Assembly (NCBI GenBank): GCA_964016885.1
Contig: OZ024741.1
Location: 281,170,001 to 281,234,000 of the forward strand
DNA length: 64,000 nucleotides
Direction of reading: 5' to 3'
Source: Eledone cirrhosa
Taxonomy: Eukaryota
A program made the translations under genes and the position numbers. The notes beneath the pieces were generated by a model. The model ran no database searches, was not told the DNA's origin, and saw only the letters and a program-made list of their open reading frames with translations. Numbering within the stretch: position 1 is the stretch's first letter; every line of letters begins with the position of its first letter. Of this stretch, positions 59,961-64,000 are shown piece after piece.

Positions 59961-61280
59961 GGGCAGCAAGAAGTTGACCATCGATCCTATACTCCTGCAG
60001 AACTTCTACAGCAGGTCCTGAGGAACACAGTCATATGCATTTTCAAGGTCGACAAAACAAGAAAAACAAGAATATACCTCTTGGCAATAGTCCCATGATT
60101 TCTCGAAGACCTGCTGTTTTGCTGCATAGAGGGTGAAAACTGCACTGTTCATCAACTAACTTGGACTCAACAATCTCCCTGCATCTCTTTGCCTGACACT
60201 TAGCATAGACTTTACTGAGGAAGCTTAAGAAGGAGATCTTATTTGCTGATCTGTAGTCAGATTGTAGCTTAACCCCAAAGTCCTCCCATATCTTAACTTT
60301 GGACGCCTTTACTGTCTCTATACGAATGCCCGAGTATTTGTGTTCAGATAAATAGTGCTAACTCGAAACCATTCAGTGGGGGAGTTGGAGTCTACTAAGG
60401 ATGCCTACTGTCATCTTTCCTGTTCATTATTTACATGAACAGGATTGACATGCGTGGCCAGGTTGGAGGTGGTATCATGACTGCAGGTATAAAATCAGTC
60501 AGCTGGAATTTGCAGACGACATGGTGTTACTTAACCCGACTGAAGGTGATCTCTGACTTGCACTCGATAGGTTTGATGCTTAGTCCTGAATGGCTGGAAT
60601 GAAAATTAGTGCTGCAAAAACTGAGACACTCGTCCTCTCAAGGAAGTCTGTGCAGTGCACTCTACATGTAAATGGAGTTCCACTGAAGCAGGTAGAGAAG
60701 TTCAAGTATCTCAGGACTGTATTCACGAGTGATGGAAGGCAGGAGTTCTGAATTAAGTGCAAGAATTGCAGGAGCTGGTGCAGTAATATGCCAGCTTCAG
60801 CAATCAGAAGGGAGCTAGGCATAAAAGCCAAACTTGCTATCTTCAATTCAGTATTCATGCCAACCCTTACGTATGGTCATGAATTTTGTGTAATGAACAA
60901 AAGAATACAATTGCGAATACGAGCAGCCATTTTGGGATAACATTACACGATAGAGTGCATAGCTTGGAGATCAAAGAGTTAGTTCAGTTAGAGCTGCTTT
61001 TTCTCCGAATTGAGAGATCACAGCTCTGACACTATGGGCACGTGGTTGGAATGTCTCAAGAAAGAATCGCTGGACAGATTTTACGAGCAAAACCAACTGC
61101 AGGAGGCCCAGATGTAGACTCCAAGCAAAATGGTTGAATAACATCCATGAGCTTGGCTGGTCTGTTGGGGATCCAGCTGGATCAGTTGAAGACAGTTGTT
61201 TCTGACAGGACCCCCTGGAAGGCGTGTTTGAGGACTCTGCCCCCTCGACCCTCTCAGGAATAAGTGGGCAAAGAAGAAAA
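59961..61280 (+). mobile_element. Decayed RTE (Rex3/Expander-like) LINE with an inverted 5' segment
   Basis: 59961-60240 (-) encodes ...FVDLENAYDCVP...LLAA; 60311 onward (+) continues LSLYE...GCLLS, FADD, EKFKYL; no PHD insert. Confidence 0.8.
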
Positions 61281-62504
61281 CCAAACAGGCCGCATGCGGT
61301 TCTTGGGTCACAGTTTGCCCATGACTGCTTTAGCCCATAACTTATATCTTGTCTGTGGTTCCTTCTACAGCAATCCCCCAAAATATAGAAAATATATTAA
61401 AAAGAAAAAGGAAATGGTTAAAATTGAAACAGGAACCCAGTTTTTGAAAAAGACTCTAAGATCAATAATGCAAATTCCTCATTAGAAAGCAGAAATAAGA
61501 TCCAGTAACAGATAGTTTTTACTACTATTGTGCTTTGGTAAAAAAAATACACACATGTATATTTGTGTGTATGCAGCTGTGTGTGTATATATACCCATAT
61601 CTATTTTCCTGTACATAACTTTATATAGACACACATCGGCATACATACGCATAAACAACTTGCTTCTTTATAAGCAAAATGAAAGCAAACCAAAGTTACC
61701 TTCACTACCAATGATGAGGCCTCTACATGATCATCCAAGGTGCTAGAAATAGCAACAAAAATTCTCTCAAATCATACCACAACATTTTAACTCTTAACAA
61801 CCTTGTACTGCATGAAAACCACATTGCCATTGCATCATCACATTAAACATTTTATATTCACAACAATTTGACACTAGTAAAAATACTTCAAACATTTGAA
61901 GTAAGATTTGAAGTGTATCTCAGACATGTCAGTGAGGTAGAACTATTGAGCCATTCCTTCGTTTGTCTGTTCTTTTGGAAGAGAAAGAGAGAGAAGCTAT
62001 ACTAAAAACTGCATACTATTGAAACAGTGCTGCCACTACTTACACTAGTGAGTTGTTTCTGTACAGTAGCACACTTTTACAACTAGAGTGACTGAACATT
62101 TTTGAGAGCTTCATATTTTTGGCCATAGACATAATGCAGTGACAAGTTACAACATATTACATGTCCATCCTCACCCTTTCACTTTTTGACAATGTTCGTT
62201 CAGTTAAGCCATCTATGTTTTCTATATATACTCAAATATAAAACAACCCCTTATTTTTTGTTTGAGAAATATGCAAAAATCCAAAGCCTGTTTATAAGCC
62301 AAGGCAGGTAATCAACACATTATGTTTAGATGGTGTGGTTTTAAAATTCTCATGAGTGAAGAATATATTTATGAAGTTTTAATGTTTTGATAATTAAAAT
62401 GTTCTATGTGTTGTTTAAATTTTTTAATGATTTTTAAACCAATCTCCAATCGTTTTGAAGGACATATCCATTCAAAACAAATAAAAAACAATACGTGTGT
62501 GCAT

Positions 62505-62880
62505 GTGTTTGCCAGACAAACAAAAAGACCTGTTCTTCGAGCCCCTGATAAATGCAACCTCCCAAACCAGTAACACTGACTTCACCATTATTGCAGGCGA
62601 CCTCAACGGACATGTGGGGCGACTAAGCGATGGATACCAAGGGGTCCACGGAGGTTTCAGGTTTGGCACAAGAAATGCGGAAAGACTGAGGCTCCTGGAA
62701 TTCTGCAATGCCGACAAGCTGACTATCTGCAATACAAATTTTAAGAAACCAGCGAATCAACTGCTCACCTATACTTCAGGGGAGTGCACCAGCCAAATTG
62801 ACTATATCCACACCAGAAGACAAGGCAAAGTGGAAGTCAAAACATGAAAAGTATCTTGGATGAGGAATATACCTCCAAAC
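62505..62880 (+). mobile_element. RTE APE endonuclease fragment
   Basis: IAGDLNGHVG...GTRNAE..RLLEFC...SQIDYI. Confidence 0.85.
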
Positions 62881-63365
62881 TTGGCCAGGCCCTACTCATA
62901 ACAGCGCCACCCAGGGCTCTACTATGAGCAAAGCTTGATGCAGCCAACTGGCCAAACCACCCTTATAATGGGTCTACCAAGATCCCAAATCACAGCAACA
63001 GTCCTGATATTGTGCAAGGTACAGCACAGCCATGTGGCCAGACTTTCCAATAACACAGCTCTACTGTGTAAAACTTGGTCCAGCCAACTGGCCAGACCAC
63101 CCAGCTCCCAAACTATAGTTCTGCTGTGAGCACAGTACAGTGCAGCCAACTAGCCTGGCCCCTTGTAATGGGGCTATCCAATTCCACACTGTAAATGTGG
63201 TTGGTGTTAGGAGGGCATCCAGCTGTAAAAATTCCAGCCAAATTTACATTTCTATCTGAGCAAGGTATGGCACAGCTAATCTGGCCAGACTTGTCTCATG
63301 ATGTGGATGTCCTGTCTAACCTATGCAAGCATGGATGTTAAACGGTGAGGATGATGATGATGATA
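62880..63365 (+). mobile_element. RTE-type 3' UTR with diverged internal repeats and (GAT)n tail
   Basis: ACACTGTAAATGTGGTTGGTGTTAGGAGGGCATCC motif; repeated CAGCCAACTGGCCAGACC. Confidence 0.6.
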
Positions 63366-64000
63366 TATACACACACTTTCTTCAGTAGAAGAAACACAAA
63401 GTTAAAATGCTCAAGCAATTAAATTTCATCCTGTAATGGGGGTAGTGGTGGTACCACGAAAACAGATGTCAGACCACTCTTTAAGGTTATAATGCTGGTG
63501 CCACAACAAAAACTCTACCCTGTAAAGTGGTTGGTATTAATAAGTGTATCCAACTGTCAAAATCTCAGCCAAAAAGAGGATCGTATGAGCATGATGTGAT
63601 CACCTAGCTAGCCTGTCTAGCCACATAATGTGACAGTTCGTCTAACCCATATAAATGTTAAACATTGATGATGATAAAGGCCTTGTATACCATAGACACA
63701 CATTCACACAAATACCCTCCATACATAGTTTTATACTTATGGTTGTCCATTGATTCCAATGATGGCAATTTTCTCCTTCAATTGTTGATCCTTTTGTGAC
63801 TGTACATCCCAATCGTTGCTGTGCAGTTTCTACCACAGATATAACATATAAATATTTAGTTTTAGAAGCAAGGTATCGATCCATGTACATGCCTCCTTTC
63901 TTGCTTCTCTTGGTAGTATTGCATGCATTTCCTCTCCTTGTCTTCAATCTTCTTTCCAAAGAAAGAATGCCAAAATGAACAGTTGGTAGTGATGCCTTCC

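Noticed and set aside
63642-63978. Possible host exon at the window end
   Set aside because: Short ORFs with no recognisable domain or clear splice sites

Overview
AT-rich animal genomic DNA (the repeat complement suggests a mollusc, probably an octopod; this is inference) made almost entirely of transposable elements and simple repeats, with no host exon I can support. Retroelements: several RTE-clade LINE copies whose reverse transcriptase carries an inserted PHD finger (one near-intact), a CR1-type LINE, other RTE-group and CRE-like fragments, a Gypsy gag-pol fragment, tRNA-derived SINEs, and two coding Penelope-like elements (PLEs) plus a third fragment. DNA elements: piggyBac, Tc1/mariner (maT-like), pogo/Tigger, a non-autonomous Helitron and MITEs. 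The most notable signal is a dense cluster (about 17-34 kb, plus one at 46.6 kb) of about a dozen type I hammerhead-ribozyme motifs from several unrelated sequence families. They lie in short, mostly non-coding modules wedged between (TA)n tracts, and these modules repeatedly form tail-out palindromes, some with breakpoints inside the ribozyme. All structure calls were made by eye and need computational confirmation.
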